Shown: piece by piece, positions 45,747 through 56,541 of the stretch
Position numbering within the stretch: position 1 is the first letter of the stretch
How the letters are laid out: every line of letters begins with the position of its first letter
Origin: Nitrospirota bacterium
GTDB lineage: Bacteria > Nitrospirota > UBA9217
Length of the DNA: 64,000 nt
Assembly (NCBI GenBank): GCA_963741205.1
Contig: CAVUHW010000015.1
Coordinates: 1-64,000 of the forward strand
Direction of reading: 5' to 3'
Notes under the pieces: generated by a model
Seen by the model: the letters and a program-made list of their open reading frames with translations, nothing else
Told to the model about the DNA's origin: nothing
Databases searched by the model: none
Translations under genes and position numbers: made by a program

Positions 45747-45868
45747 TCTCAAGCTTGCAAGGACCAAGGCTTTTCCTTCCGGTGTCGTTTTACTTTGTTA
45801 CCAGCCTGACAGAAAATGATTCATACCGCCTTCAGTGCCCTCTTTCCCGCTTAAATCCGAGAAATGAT

Positions 45869-45898
45869 TTGACAGAGAGATGCGATTGCTCTTATATT
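45869..45898 (+). promoter_or_regulatory. sigma-70-like promoter of DAHP synthase
   Basis: TTGACA-18-TATATT. Confidence 0.45.
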
Positions 45899-45943
45899 GT
45901 GCAAACAGAAACAAGGAGATAACCTTATACGCTAGGAGCACGC

Positions 45944-46966
45944 ATGCTTATCGTACTGCACCATTCAGCAAGCGAAAAGGACGTTGAAAACATCAAAAAG
46001 ACCATCACGAAGATGGGCCTCAAACCCGTCGCCATCCCCGGCGCCGAGCGGACGGCCATCGGCGTGATCGGCAACCAGGGCTGGGTAGACGACGCGCCGC
46101 TCAAGGGCAACAAGGCTATCATGGAGATCATCCATGTTACGAAGCCCTACAAACTCGTGAGCCGCGATTTCCATCCGAAGGACTCCGAGGTGAAGCTCGG
46201 CGGCAAGGTCAAGGTGGGAGGGAAATCGCCGTTTCTCGTGATCGCCGGGCCTTGCGCCGTCGAGAGCAGGGGACAGCTGATGAAGACGGCGAAGTTCCTG
46301 AAGCAGGCGGGCGTGCCCGTGCTGCGCGGCGGGGCCTACAAGCCCAGGACGAGTCCGCACAGCTTCCAGGGACTCCGTGAAGGCGGGCTCGATCTGCTCG
46401 ATGAGGTTCGGAAGGAGACCGGGCTTCTGGTCGTCACCGAGATCGTGAGTCCCGAGCACGTGGAACTCGTTGCCGGGAAGGTCGATATCCTCCAGATCGG
46501 CGCTCGGAACATGCAGAACTTCGACCTTCTGACCGAGGTGGGCAGGACCCGAAAACCCGTCATCCTGAAGCGGGGACTGTCGGCAACGATCGAAGAATGG
46601 CTCGGCTCGGCGGAGTATATCCTGCTCGGCGGCAATTCCGACGTCGTCCTGTGCGAACGGGGCATCCGGACCTTCGAAACTGCGACCAGGAATACCGCAG
46701 ACCTGGCGATCATCCCGCTGGTCAAACAAATGAGCCATCTGCCCGTGATCTTCGATCCGAGCCACGCGACCGGCAAGCGTGAGTTGGTGGCGCCTGCGGC
46801 CCTGGCATCGGTCGTCGTGGGCGCGCACGGGGCCATGATCGAGGTCCACCCGGACCCGGACCGCGCCCTGTCCGACGGCCCCCAGTCACTTCGCTTCAAG
46901 GAGTTCGAGAGGCTGCTGGCGCGGATTAGGGGTTTGAGCGCGTTTTCGCGGCAGAAGCTTTTTTAA
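45944..46966 (+). CDS. aroF: 3-deoxy-7-phosphoheptulonate synthase, class I-beta with N-terminal regulatory domain
   Basis: IAGPCAVES, GGAYKPRTSP, QIGARNMQNF, CERGIRTF, DPSH and SDGPQ. Confidence 0.95.
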   Translation: MLIVLHHSASEKDVENIKKTITKMGLKPVAIPGAERTAIGVIGNQGWVDDAPLKGNKAIMEIIHVTKPYKLVSRDFHPKDSEVKLGGKVKVGGKSPFLVIAGPCAVESRGQLMKTAKFLKQAGVPVLRGGAYKPRTSPHSFQGLREGGLDLLDEVRKETGLLVVTEIVSPEHVELVAGKVDILQIGARNMQNFDLLTEVGRTRKPVILKRGLSATIEEWLGSAEYILLGGNSDVVLCERGIRTFETATRNTADLAIIPLVKQMSHLPVIFDPSHATGKRELVAPAALASVVVGAHGAMIEVHPDPDRALSDGPQSLRFKEFERLLARIRGLSAFSRQKLF

Positions 46967-47144
46967 CACGGGATTCGTCCCGGAGTAGCCGTCCCAAGGG
47001 CGTTTTCATAGGCTTTTTCGCTTGCATTTTGAGAGCGCAGGGCATATCTTTTTTATATCAGATGAGCTCATGATATTCCGAGACTTTGTGGCCGGTGCAA
47101 GTGGAAGCGCTGTAATTATGGCGCGTAAAGCGTAAGGAGACGGT

Positions 47145-47354
47145 ATGACGGTCATGGATAAAATAGTGCAGCACATTAAAGGTCTGCCGGAAGCGCTGCA
47201 GGCGGAAGTGCTCGACTTCGTCGAATATCTTGAGGCAAAAAAGGGAAAGAGCGAGGCCGATTGGACGGCCTTCTCGCTGTCATCCGCCATGCGCGGCATG
47301 GAAGACGAGCCCCCGCTCTAATCGGCTCAAGACCTTAAAGAAAGCTTTAAATGA
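47145..47354 (+). CDS. DUF2281-type antitoxin (in-frame TAA at 47319)
   Basis: RBS aggag; LPEALQAEVLDFVEYL...SAMRGMEDE; ATGA overlap with the toxin start. Confidence 0.7.
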
Positions 47355-47698
47355 TCCAGGAAGGCCAAATAATCCTCTTCAAATTTCCGCAAACAGACCT
47401 GCCCTCTGGCAAACTCCGTTTCGCGCTTGTTATTCGAAAACTCCCCGGCCGGTTTGACGACTGGCTCATCTGCATGATTTCGTCACAACTGTCGCAACTG
47501 CTGGAAGATTTCGACGTGATTGTCGATGGGAACGATGCCGATTTCGAAACGTCCGGCCTCAAAACGGACAGCGTCATCAGGATCAGCCGCCTTGCCGTCG
47601 TCAGCAGCGCCATCCTTCTCGGCTCCATCGGTACGATCAGTGAAAATCGTCTCTCCCTCATTCGAAACAGAATAGTGGAATGGATTCAGGGCGCGTAG
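47351..47698 (+). CDS. PemK/MazF-like toxin
   Basis: GQIILFKFPQTD...KLR.ALV, ICMISSQ and SGLKTDSVIRISRL. Confidence 0.8.
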   Translation: MIQEGQIILFKFPQTDLPSGKLRFALVIRKLPGRFDDWLICMISSQLSQLLEDFDVIVDGNDADFETSGLKTDSVIRISRLAVVSSAILLGSIGTISENRLSLIRNRIVEWIQGA

Positions 47699-47720
47699 AG
47701 CCGATAGCAGAAAAAAGGGG

Positions 47721-48385
47721 ATGACCATCTTCGTGCACAGCAAGGTTGAGGCGTTTGTGCATGAAGAGTTGTTTGACCGACCGGTGGAACTGGAAGATCC
47801 CAACATATTACGCAATATACCAGAACTGGCCGCTACCAAGACACTGCTTGAGACCTTCAAAAAGGCTATCAACGCGCTGAATGTCCGGGATAAAGGCGAC
47901 GCAGAGATCCGGGACACGATCAAATTGCGCCAGACCCGGCCTTTTGTGGCCAAGAATCAAGCTACCTTGTTCCGAAGAAAAGAGTTTTCAACCGCATCAT
48001 TGGTGAAAGCAATCTGGAGCTTCGGTTTGCCGCATTTCTGGAGAACTGTCGCGACGAAGAGGTCTCTTACGCGAAGAACTACTTGGCTGCTAATTTTAAG
48101 CTCGAGTACGTGAAGGCGGACGGCGACATTTCCAACTACTACCCGGATTTTATAGTCAAGTAGTCCGAAAAGCGGATTGTCATCGTAGAAACGAAAGGGC
48201 AGGAAGACTTGGATGTGCCGCTGAAGATGGCACGGTTGCGGCAATGGTGTGAAGACATCAACCGGGTGCAGAAAGACGTGGAATACGACTTCGTTTAGGT
48301 GGACGAAGAGGGCTTTGAGAAATTCAAACTAACATCATTCCGGGACTTGCTGGATGGCTTCAAGGAATATAAAGGGGAAACATGA
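47721..48385 (+). pseudogene. C-terminal remnant of type III restriction endonuclease (Res subunit)
   Basis: SYAKNY, YYPDFIVK, IVETKG and RLRQWC across frames, with two in-frame TAG codons. The helicase part and mod are absent. Confidence 0.75.
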
Positions 48386-48568
48386 CAAGGCGCTCCGCAC
48401 CGGGCCGTTTTCTGCTGAGTTCCAAAGCCGCCAGTGAGCTTCAGTGACCGTATAGCGTCTTAAACTCGACCAGATTGATGATGTCGCTGTTCTTCATGGT
48501 TCACGAAATATTTTATGTGGAGCAGCGGAAACAGGAAAATAGCCCAAAGTATGGGGGGGAATTGACTG

Positions 48569-48841
48569 GTGAAGAAGATTTCCTGCAGAGCAGGATGCGG
48601 AGCATGCTGCATCGCCCCGTCGCTTTCATCTGCGATACCCGGCATGGCCTGCGGCAAGCCGGCTGGCGTCAGGTGCGGGCAACTGACAAAGGACAACCGA
48701 TGCCGCATGTACGGCAAGCCCGGCCGTCCCGCAGTATGCAGCTCCTACCAGGCAACAGAGGAATTCTGCGGGGCGACGCGGGAAGATGCGCTCCGCTTCC
48801 TGACCGAACTCGAGCGTGACACGGCCGCAGATCGTCCTTGA
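48569..48841 (+). CDS. YkgJ/YeiW family cysteine cluster protein
   Basis: CRAGCGACCIAPS, GKPAGVRC, RPAVC and CG. Confidence 0.88.
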   Translation: MKKISCRAGCGACCIAPSLSSAIPGMACGKPAGVRCGQLTKDNRCRMYGKPGRPAVCSSYQATEEFCGATREDALRFLTELERDTAADRP

Positions 48842-48954
48842 TTCTTACCGCTCGGATCGGACGCAGAAAATTTTATTTGTTTTCGATCACTCTTTTCACG
48901 ATTATTGACCCCGGCCAGGAACATCCACGGCCGGGGTTTTTATGTTCTGACTGG

Positions 48955-49329
48955 TTATGGGGCGGGTTGCGTGGAGGGCACGGCCTCGGCGGGCTTGGTG
49001 CGGGTCGGCGTGAAGTTGGGGTCGATCTCGTAGGCTTTTTCGAAGTTTTCGCGAGACAGGTCGCGGTTTTCACCGTCCCCCTTCCTGCCCTTGAGGTAAT
49101 AGGCATAACCCAGGTAGTAATAGGCCTCCGCTTCCGGAGAGATCGTGGCGGATTCCTCGAATTCCGCGATGGCGGCATCGTAGTCCTTGGCGTTCAAATG
49201 AGCGATGCCCTGCTCGATGTGCTGCACGGCGGCCTTGGTGTCGAAGAGTTCCTCTTCCGCCCGCCCCGTCAGGGGCGCTGAACCCAGACCGATTAACAGG
49301 ATGATCATCAATACCCGCTTCATTCCCAT
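48955..49329 (-). CDS. secreted TPR protein
   Basis: Signal peptide, AYYYLGYAYY and AYEIDPNF. Confidence 0.8.
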   Translation of the reverse strand: MGMKRVLMIILLIGLGSAPLTGRAEEELFDTKAAVQHIEQGIAHLNAKDYDAAIAEFEESATISPEAEAYYYLGYAYYLKGRKGDGENRDLSRENFEKAYEIDPNFTPTRTKPAEAVPSTQPAP

Positions 49330-49481
49330 GCGAGCCTCCTCTCTAATCGACGCTACCATAGCACAACGTCCGAGTTGCTGTCAACAATCATGAGCCTGAA
49401 GCGAAGGGTGGCCGGGATAACAGGATGAAATCAGATTTGATCCATGTCCAAATTGTCGTTCCCGGCATAAGGCGCAGGTCT

Positions 49482-50426
49482 TCAGGGCCACCACACATAC
49501 AGGAACCGGGCGCCTGGTTCCGCCAGCGCGCCCATGTCTATGTTGATGAGCTTCAGGGAATAGATGTTCGCGCGGTATTCGCCGGGACGGAAGTAGGTCA
49601 CGACTGAGGCTTGCTTGAGGTTCGCCAGCTTTTTGGCCTGTTCGATGACGTCGTCGAGATAGCCGATGCCGTCGATAAGACCCGCCTCCTCCGCCTCACG
49701 GCTCGAATAGATGCGGCCGTCGGCGAGCTGCCGCACCTTCTCGGGCGCGAGCCTCCGCGATTCGGCCACGGTATTCACGAATCTTCCCTGGAGACTGTCG
49801 ATCAGGTTCTGGAACAGTGCCCTTTCCTCGGGCGAGAGGGGGCGAAAGGGAGAGCCCATCCCCTTGCGGTCTCCCGAGGAGATCTCCACGCTCTGGAGCC
49901 CGATCTTCTGCATGAGGCCCGTTGCATCGAGCCGGTACATGATAACGCCGATGCTTCCCGTCACACTCGTGGGCTGGGCCGTTATCCGGTCGGCGGCGAG
50001 CGCCGCATAGTATGCGCCCGAGGTCCCGATGTCCATGATGTGGGCCAGGACCTTCACGCCTGTTTCATTCTTGAATTTTTTGATCTCGTGGTAGAGCATG
50101 TCCGAGGCGGTCACCCCGCCGCCGGGGCTGTTGATCCGGAGCACGACGGCCTTTACCGCGCGGTCATTTCTGGCGTGGTCCAGCGCTTCCCGGACGCGGG
50201 CCAGAAGGCCGGGCCCCTTCCCGCCGGCCGGCAGCAGACGGTCACTGTCCCGGGTCGAAATGAAACCCGAGATGTCGAGGAGCAGGATCTTGTCCCGGCC
50301 GCTGCCCTCGATCACCTGCTCGGTGAGGGGCTGCACTTCTTCGGTCAACGAAACCTTGAGAAACGTGCAGCCGGATGCGGCAAGCAGCAGAAGCAGCAGG
50401 GAAAGTGCGGGAACGAACTTTTTCAC
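49482..50426 (-). CDS. sppA: signal peptide peptidase SppA (36K type, lipoprotein)
   Basis: LRINSPGG, TSGAYY, TGSIGV, DGRIY and GLID; lipobox ASGC. Confidence 0.93.
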   Translation of the reverse strand: MKKFVPALSLLLLLLAASGCTFLKVSLTEEVQPLTEQVIEGSGRDKILLLDISGFISTRDSDRLLPAGGKGPGLLARVREALDHARNDRAVKAVVLRINSPGGGVTASDMLYHEIKKFKNETGVKVLAHIMDIGTSGAYYAALAADRITAQPTSVTGSIGVIMYRLDATGLMQKIGLQSVEISSGDRKGMGSPFRPLSPEERALFQNLIDSLQGRFVNTVAESRRLAPEKVRQLADGRIYSSREAEEAGLIDGIGYLDDVIEQAKKLANLKQASVVTYFRPGEYRANIYSLKLINIDMGALAEPGARFLYVWWP

Positions 50427-50474
50427 AGGCCTCCTTAAAGAATGTTCTATTTTTGCACATCTTGAATTTTTAAT

Positions 50475-51234
50475 TCACGTCCTTAAATCAGAAAACCGGA
50501 ACCTAGAAAATTTTGGCATATTGCGGCTTTGCGAGAATCTCGCCTTTGATTTTGCAGATGCATGCTTTATTGGTCTGAGGCGATGCTTCTCTAGTTGATT
50601 GACCCGGATGTCGGCCTTGCTCCGCAGGTCCGCCACATACTGGTCGAGCTGCTGCCCGACCTTCCGGTCCATCAGGAGCGCCACGATGCTCTTCTGAACG
50701 TCCTGAAACCGCTGTCCCGGGTACTCGGCGGCATGTTCGTTGAAATAAGCCTCGGCCTCCTCGCGGGTCACCCGCACGAAGAGGCCGACTTTCTTCTCGA
50801 CGAACTTTTCCACCAGGAGCCGCTCTCCGAGCATGCGGCAAGCTCCTGCTCTGTCAAGTCCATCTCTCCCAAGAAAGCGGAGAAGGCCGCGTCGGACCCG
50901 AAACGCGCCCTGATCTTCTCGACCTCTGCGCTCTTCTCCTGGTCCGAGACCTCCACGAACCGGAGCCGACGCGCCTCCTGGACCAGCAGCCGGCGCGTGA
51001 TGAGCCCTTCGAGCGTGTCGGTTTCAGCGTCCGGCCGCTCCTGCCGGATGTGCCGAGACGTTCGTTCAGCGCAACGGCCTGGGCCAGCTCGCTCGCCGTA
51101 ATCACCTCACTGTTCACGGCCGCTGCGATGTGGTCCACGAATTCGGCCGCGAGCGGCAGGAACGGGAGCAGGACGGCGGCAACGATGACGAGTGCAAGAG
51201 AAGATCGCTGAACGAGTATTCGCATGGATTCCAA
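50475..51234 (-). CDS. SurA N-terminal domain protein (frameshifted; 3' end uncertain, probably near 50590)
   Basis: VDHIAAAVNSEVIT.SEL and C-terminal LRSKADIRV. Confidence 0.7.
50521..50582. repeat. dispersed repeat shared with 37620-37680 and partly with 33077-33101
   Basis: ctttgcgaga..tcgc.tttgattttg...catgctttattggtctgaggcg. Confidence 0.7.
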
Positions 51235-51244
51235 TTCCTCCGGG

Positions 51245-53183
51245 CTACTCCTGTTTCAGGTCCGTCATCGTGACGCCCCGGACGTACTCCACGACCTTGT
51301 CCCGCTTGATGGCCTGGAGCTGCTTCACGATCTCGGCGATCCGGAGCGCGTTGTTTAAGACGGCCTCAAGCCGCGACGCAAGGTCCTTGTCCATGCCTCC
51401 GTAGCGCTCGATCAGCAGCTCGATGTTGCCGATGACGGTCGTCAGCGGGTTGTTGATCTCGTGCCGCACGGCGATCACGATCTCTCCGATCGCGCCGAGC
51501 CGCTCCGCCCGCAGGAGTTTTTCCCTGATCAGTCTTCTGCTCCGTCATGTCCCGCGCGGATACCTGGTAGCCCGCGGGCGCCCGCTGCTGGGAGAGCCTT
51601 CGAACGCTCAACTCGATGAAGGCGCGGCCCCCGTCGCGTTTGGTCACCTCAAACTCGATCACCTGGCGGGCGGTGACGCCTTCACCGCGGAGCATCCGCT
51701 TCGCCGTCTCGGCGCCTTCGGGCGTCAGAAAGTCGAGCACGCTCTTTCCGACGAGTTCGGTCTTATCGTATCCGGAAAATTTTTCGGCCTCCCTGTTCAC
51801 CGCCGTCAAAATGCCGGAGCCGTCCATGGTAAAGAGGATGTCGCGGGAGTTCTCGAACAGGTCCCAGAACTTCTCGCTCGACTCCTTCACTTCGGCGTAG
51901 AACCGGAGGTTCTCGACGGCCATGCCGAGCTGGGTGCCGATGGTGTCCAGCATCTGGAGGTCCGAGGGCTTTGGGGAGAACTCTTTTTGAGGATAGAGAA
52001 AAATGACGCCGAGTACCATGCCGCGCGACTTGATCGGAATGATGATGTGCGAATGGGAAGGGGTGTTCTCGCCGCGCGTGCGGCGGAGGTCGACGCACCC
52101 TTTTGCCGAGAAGAGGATCTCCCCGCTCTGGGCCACCATGCCGCAGAGACACTCTCCCATCCTGATCGTTTCCTCCTGTTCGATGAACTGCGGCGGAAGG
52201 CCCTTGTGCGCCACGAGACGCAGGGTTTCGCCGCTCGGGCTCGCAGAGGAACACGCCCCCCCGCGGCTCCAGGCCCGCCATGCTTTCCATGATCCGGTCA
52301 AGGGACCGCGACAGCATGTCGCTCAGATTGCCCGCCTTGCTCAGGGTCAGCGCGACGGCGTCAATCGCGGCCAGTTCGTTCGTCCGGTCAAGCAGCTTTT
52401 TCTCGAGGTCGGTGTAGGATGCTTTGAGTTTCGTGGCCATTTCGTTGAACCGCTCCGCCAGCTGGGCCACGTCGCTCGTCCCCGACAGCCGCATCTGGTA
52501 GTCGAGATTTCCCCGGCTGATTTCAGCGGCGCCCTTCCACAAATCGCTCAGGGGGGCGGCGATCTTCCGGTGAAGATAGACGCCGAAGGCCGAGGAGGAA
52601 ACCGACGGTCATGATCAAAAGCGCGGAAGAGAAGAAAAAGACCTTTTTTTTCTGGAGCGAGGTGTAGTCGGGGAGTTTGGCGATCTGGAGCGTCTGCTCG
52701 TCCCGGACGTGCTTTTCGATTGCCCGGCTCATCCTCTCCACGAGACCGTCGGCTTCTTTCATGAGGCCTTCGGCCAATCGCCGGTCCTTCCCGAGGGGGT
52801 CTTTGAGCGCGAGCAGCCCTCCTGCCTTGTCCTCGAATGCGGCGATGTCGGCGCGAAGGGAAACAAGCAGGCGCCGGTCCTCCGCCTTGATAGTGAGCCT
52901 CTGAAAGTCGTCCAGGAGCCTGTGGAGCGCGGTTTGGTCGGCTTCATAATCCTGCCGGTAGCGCTCGTCCCTGACCGAGACGGCATTGCGGAGCGTTGGC
53001 GCTCAAACGGGTCACCGCTGCCGCGATGTCATCTATTTGCCGCAGCTCACGCGAGGTCTGCTCTACTTCGTCCGTTATCGAGAAAAAAGCCGTGAGGATG
53101 TTCAATTCCGACAGTACGACGGCCGTCATGATCACCATCATGCCGGCTCCCACAATAAATATGATTTTTTTGTGTATGGGCAT
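51245..53183 (-). CDS. membrane sensor: periplasmic domain-HAMP-GAF-PAS-HisKA, without HATPase (frameshifted)
   Basis: Two TM helices, LAERFNEMA (HAMP), GECLCG/IPIKSRG (GAF), LFENSRD..VNRE (PAS) and HEINNPL, then a stop. Confidence 0.8.
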
Positions 53184-53289
53184 TCGCTGTAAGACCTTTC
53201 ACGCGCGCCGGGAGTCGCGCCCGGCCCGTGATCTGAATTCTTTTAAGGGAACTATACCATGGCCGGCATAAAGAGTACAGAGTAGAGCG

Positions 53290-53396
53290 TTAAAGGTTCA
53301 GGGTTCAAAGTTCAGAGTTTGGAGTGAAATCATGGGGGCAGAGCACATTTTTTACGCTTAATACTTTGAACTTTGTGCCTTGAACGATGAACTCTG
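53290..53396. repeat. inverted pair of degenerate heptamer runs (gttcaaa / tttgaac)
   Basis: ggttcagggttcaaagttcagagttt ... actttgaactttgtgccttgaacgatgaact. Confidence 0.6.
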
Positions 53397-53400
53397 TTTT

Positions 53401-56265
53401 TTAGAACGTGTTGCCGATATTAAAATGTATCTCCCCGGGACTTTCGCCGGGGAGACGGTGGACCTTCTGGCCGTAATCGATCCGTAAGGGGCCGACGGGC
53501 GTTCCGTACCGGATGCCGGCTCCGTAGGAAGCGCGGAGGTCGCTGATGTTGATCTCCTGGCCGGACCAGACATTGCCGGCGTCGGTAAAGAGCACGAACC
53601 CCAGCCCTTCGCCCGGGTTCAGCACGGAGTTCGAGGTTGAAGATGGCCATGCTCGCGCCGCCCTGCGGAACCACGGTGCCGGTCGGGTCCTTGGCGACGG
53701 GACCGACGGAGTCCTGGGTATATCCGCGAACCGTCGTGCTGCCGCCCGCGTAGAACCGTTCATGGAGCGGGACCTCAAGCGTGTCCTTATAGGGCCAGGC
53801 CATGCCTGCCCTCACGGAAAAGGCGACGACGTCGGTGTCGACCGGCACGAACCAGTTGGCCTGCACCGTCAGTTTCGTGAAGTCGGCCTCCGAGAAAAGC
53901 AAGCTTATCGCCTCCTTCAGGACGATCCCGTAAAGAGCCCCCTTGTGCGGATTGAAAACATCGTCGCGGAGGTCCCAGACGAGGCGCGGGGCTCAGGCTG
54001 CTGACGAGCACGCGGCCGCTGTCCTCAGGGGAGATCTGGGCCGCTTGCAATACGTCATAATTGACGACGTTCTCGAACTGGTAGGTGAGCGACGGTTTAA
54101 TGTTCTTAAAGGCCTTCTCGACGCCGAAGGAGGCGCGCGGTCTTGCGCGTCTTGTAGTAGATGTCCCGCGTATCGGAGTTCAGGCGCGTCGAATCGGACC
54201 ACACCAGGCTGAACTTCGCAGTCGAGCCTGCGGTTCAGGAACCAGGGCTCCTGATAATTGAAGATCCCCCGCTTCAGGATCTCGCTCTGCTCGTACCGCA
54301 CGCTCGAGTACTGCGCCAGTGCCGAAGAGGTTGCGGTGCGAAAGCTCCACGGACCACCGGAACCGGTCCAGGTCGCCGTACCCGACGCCCACTTCCATGG
54401 CCCCCGCGGGGCGTTCTTCCACCGTAAACATCATGTCCTCGGTATATTCCCTTTCACCGGATCGGACGGGCTCGAACTTGGCGAGCCTGAAGTAGCCCAG
54501 GTGGTAGATCTGCTGCTGGCTTTCGAGGATGGCGCCGTAGTTATAGACGTCGCCGGGTTTTACGAGGAGCTGGCGCATGATCACGTAATCCTTCGTGTGC
54601 GCGTTCCCCCTCAGGATGATCTTGCCGATCCGGACCTGCCGGTCCTCGGTGATCCGGTAGAGGACGTCCTCGGTCCCGTCCCGGGAGGTTTTGTCCGCGT
54701 CCACGCGGCTGTAGAGATAGCCCTTGTTCGCGTAGGCCGTCAGGATGCGGTATTTGTCCTCTTCGACGAGCCGTTCATTGAACGGGGCTCCCGGCTTGAG
54801 GACGATCTTGTCCAGGAGCTCGGCCGAGGAAAAGACCGTGTTTCCGTCGAACGTTACGCTTCCGGTCAAGGTCCGGGGCCCTTCGGTTATTTCAATGATC
54901 ACATCGGCCTCGCGGCCGTCCGCGCTGAAGTCCACCTTTTTTTTGATGACCGTGGACAGATAGCCGGCTTCGAGATAGCGGGCCTCCAGGTTGTCCACGT
55001 CCTTGTTCAGGAGGGCAGCCTGGTAAGGAAACGGCCGGTACCAGTAGAAGGGGAAGGACCAGGACAACGACCAGCCGGGCTCGCGCAGCGCCATACCGTT
55101 CTTGATTTGCTTGGACGTGAACGCGGTGTTTCCCCGCAGCTCGATGCGCCTGACCACGACGCGGGGCCCTTCGTTGATGATGAAATCCAGGTCAAGCCTG
55201 CCCGGCCCCGCCGTTTTCTTCGTCTCTACCGTCACGTCGGCGTATCCCTGTTCCCGGTACAACGTCTTGATCTGGTCGGCGCTGCCGTCGATCGCGACGT
55301 CCGATACGTCGTGCTCCGGCCAGATGAGAAGGGCTTGTCTTCAGTTTTTTCGACCCGAATTCCTTGTTTCCCGTGAAACGGACGGTTACGCGCGGCCCTT
55401 CGGTAATGTCGATGCGGACGTATGCCTTGTGGTCGCGAAAGCTCATGCTCACGGGGCCCACCTTCGCTGCAGGATAGGCTGCGTCGGCATATTTCTCCAC
55501 GACCGCTTCCTTGTCCGTATCGAGGAGCCGGTCGCGGTTCAGCGGCGATCCCACACGGCTTTTTATCGCCGCGAGCAGCTTCTTTTCCGTGAACACGGTG
55601 TTGCCGACAAAGGTGATTTCCTCTATGAGCGTCGGTTCGCCTTCGCTGATGTCGACATGGAGGACGGCCTGGTGAGGACCCAGCTTGTCGTTGAACGTGA
55701 CCGGCAGGGCCGGTTGTCCCGCGCCTGTCTCTCCCTGCGGCGTTTCCCCCTTGGGAAGAGGTCCGGACTCCAGGCGGAAGGAAACGCCGGCATCAAAATA
55801 ACCCGCGGCCTGGTAGAGGGCCAGGATATCCTCCCGGTAGCGGGGCAGCCTGCCCTGGCGGAGCTCTTTTCCTTCGAGACCGGAGAGCGCGTCCATGATC
55901 TGATCTTTCTTCAGGGCGTGTCTGCCGTTGACCACGACCTTCGTAACGACGGTGACCGGGACAAAGGTGTATTCGAGCCGCACGCCGCCGTTTTCCGGAA
56001 ATCCTTCAACGATGATGTCCCTGAATGTACCCTTGAGATACAAAAGCGCGAGGCCCTCCCGGACCGAGGAGCCGGTGAACATGTCGCCGGCCTTGACACC
56101 GATAAGCTCCGCGATCTGGTCCGGCTGCGACCAGGGATTGCCGAAATCGTCTTTTAAGACGACCCGGGTTATCGTGAGGCCCGAGAAGGCCGAAGGGGCG
56201 GATTGGGCGGGCAGAGCTACCAAAAGAAGGCAGAAGACGATCGCGATGGAACGAAGCAATTGCAT
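53401..56265 (-). CDS. BamA/TamA (Omp85) family outer membrane protein (frameshifted)
   Basis: Multiple POTRA repeats, NLFGTG, RFYAGG.TTVRGY, FTDAGNVW, TPVGPLRIDYG and terminal HFNIGNTF. Confidence 0.9.
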
Positions 56266-56541
56266 GAAGGATTTTTAGCACATCAAGGTGGGAATGTAAA
56301 GCAGGATCGAAGGCGGGTGAGGACCGGATTCGGGGACGGCGGCGCGGGTCTGGTAAGGGGCGGATTATGTATGGATGCGGGAAGGGAATGGAGGTCGCGC
56401 CGGTGATGGTCATGGGGGTGACGAGCCGGCTGCTTGCTTTTGTCCCATCGGGTTGACATTGCTGCGCGCTGTGATACTTTTAGAAAAGAGGTTTTTCAAG
56501 AATCCGATGCGCAAACCTTCTTGCGGAAACCGGGGAAGGTC

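Noticed and set aside
45747-45766. TnpB guide retargeted to a host gene elsewhere in the window
   Set aside because: I saw no close match by eye. The paralogous DHFR tail near 44020-44045 is too diverged, and the guide is explained by the flanking DNA.
47319-48300. Stop-codon recoding (TAA/TAG at apparent sense positions)
   Set aside because: It is confined to a decaying islet that also has frameshifts, and neighbouring genes use TAA and TAG as normal stops.
14236-56265. Programmed frameshifting or mass pseudogenisation (accA, dapA, plsX, bamA-like and others split)
   Set aside because: The breaks hit essential genes in all segments at scattered single-base positions, consistent with sequencing indels.
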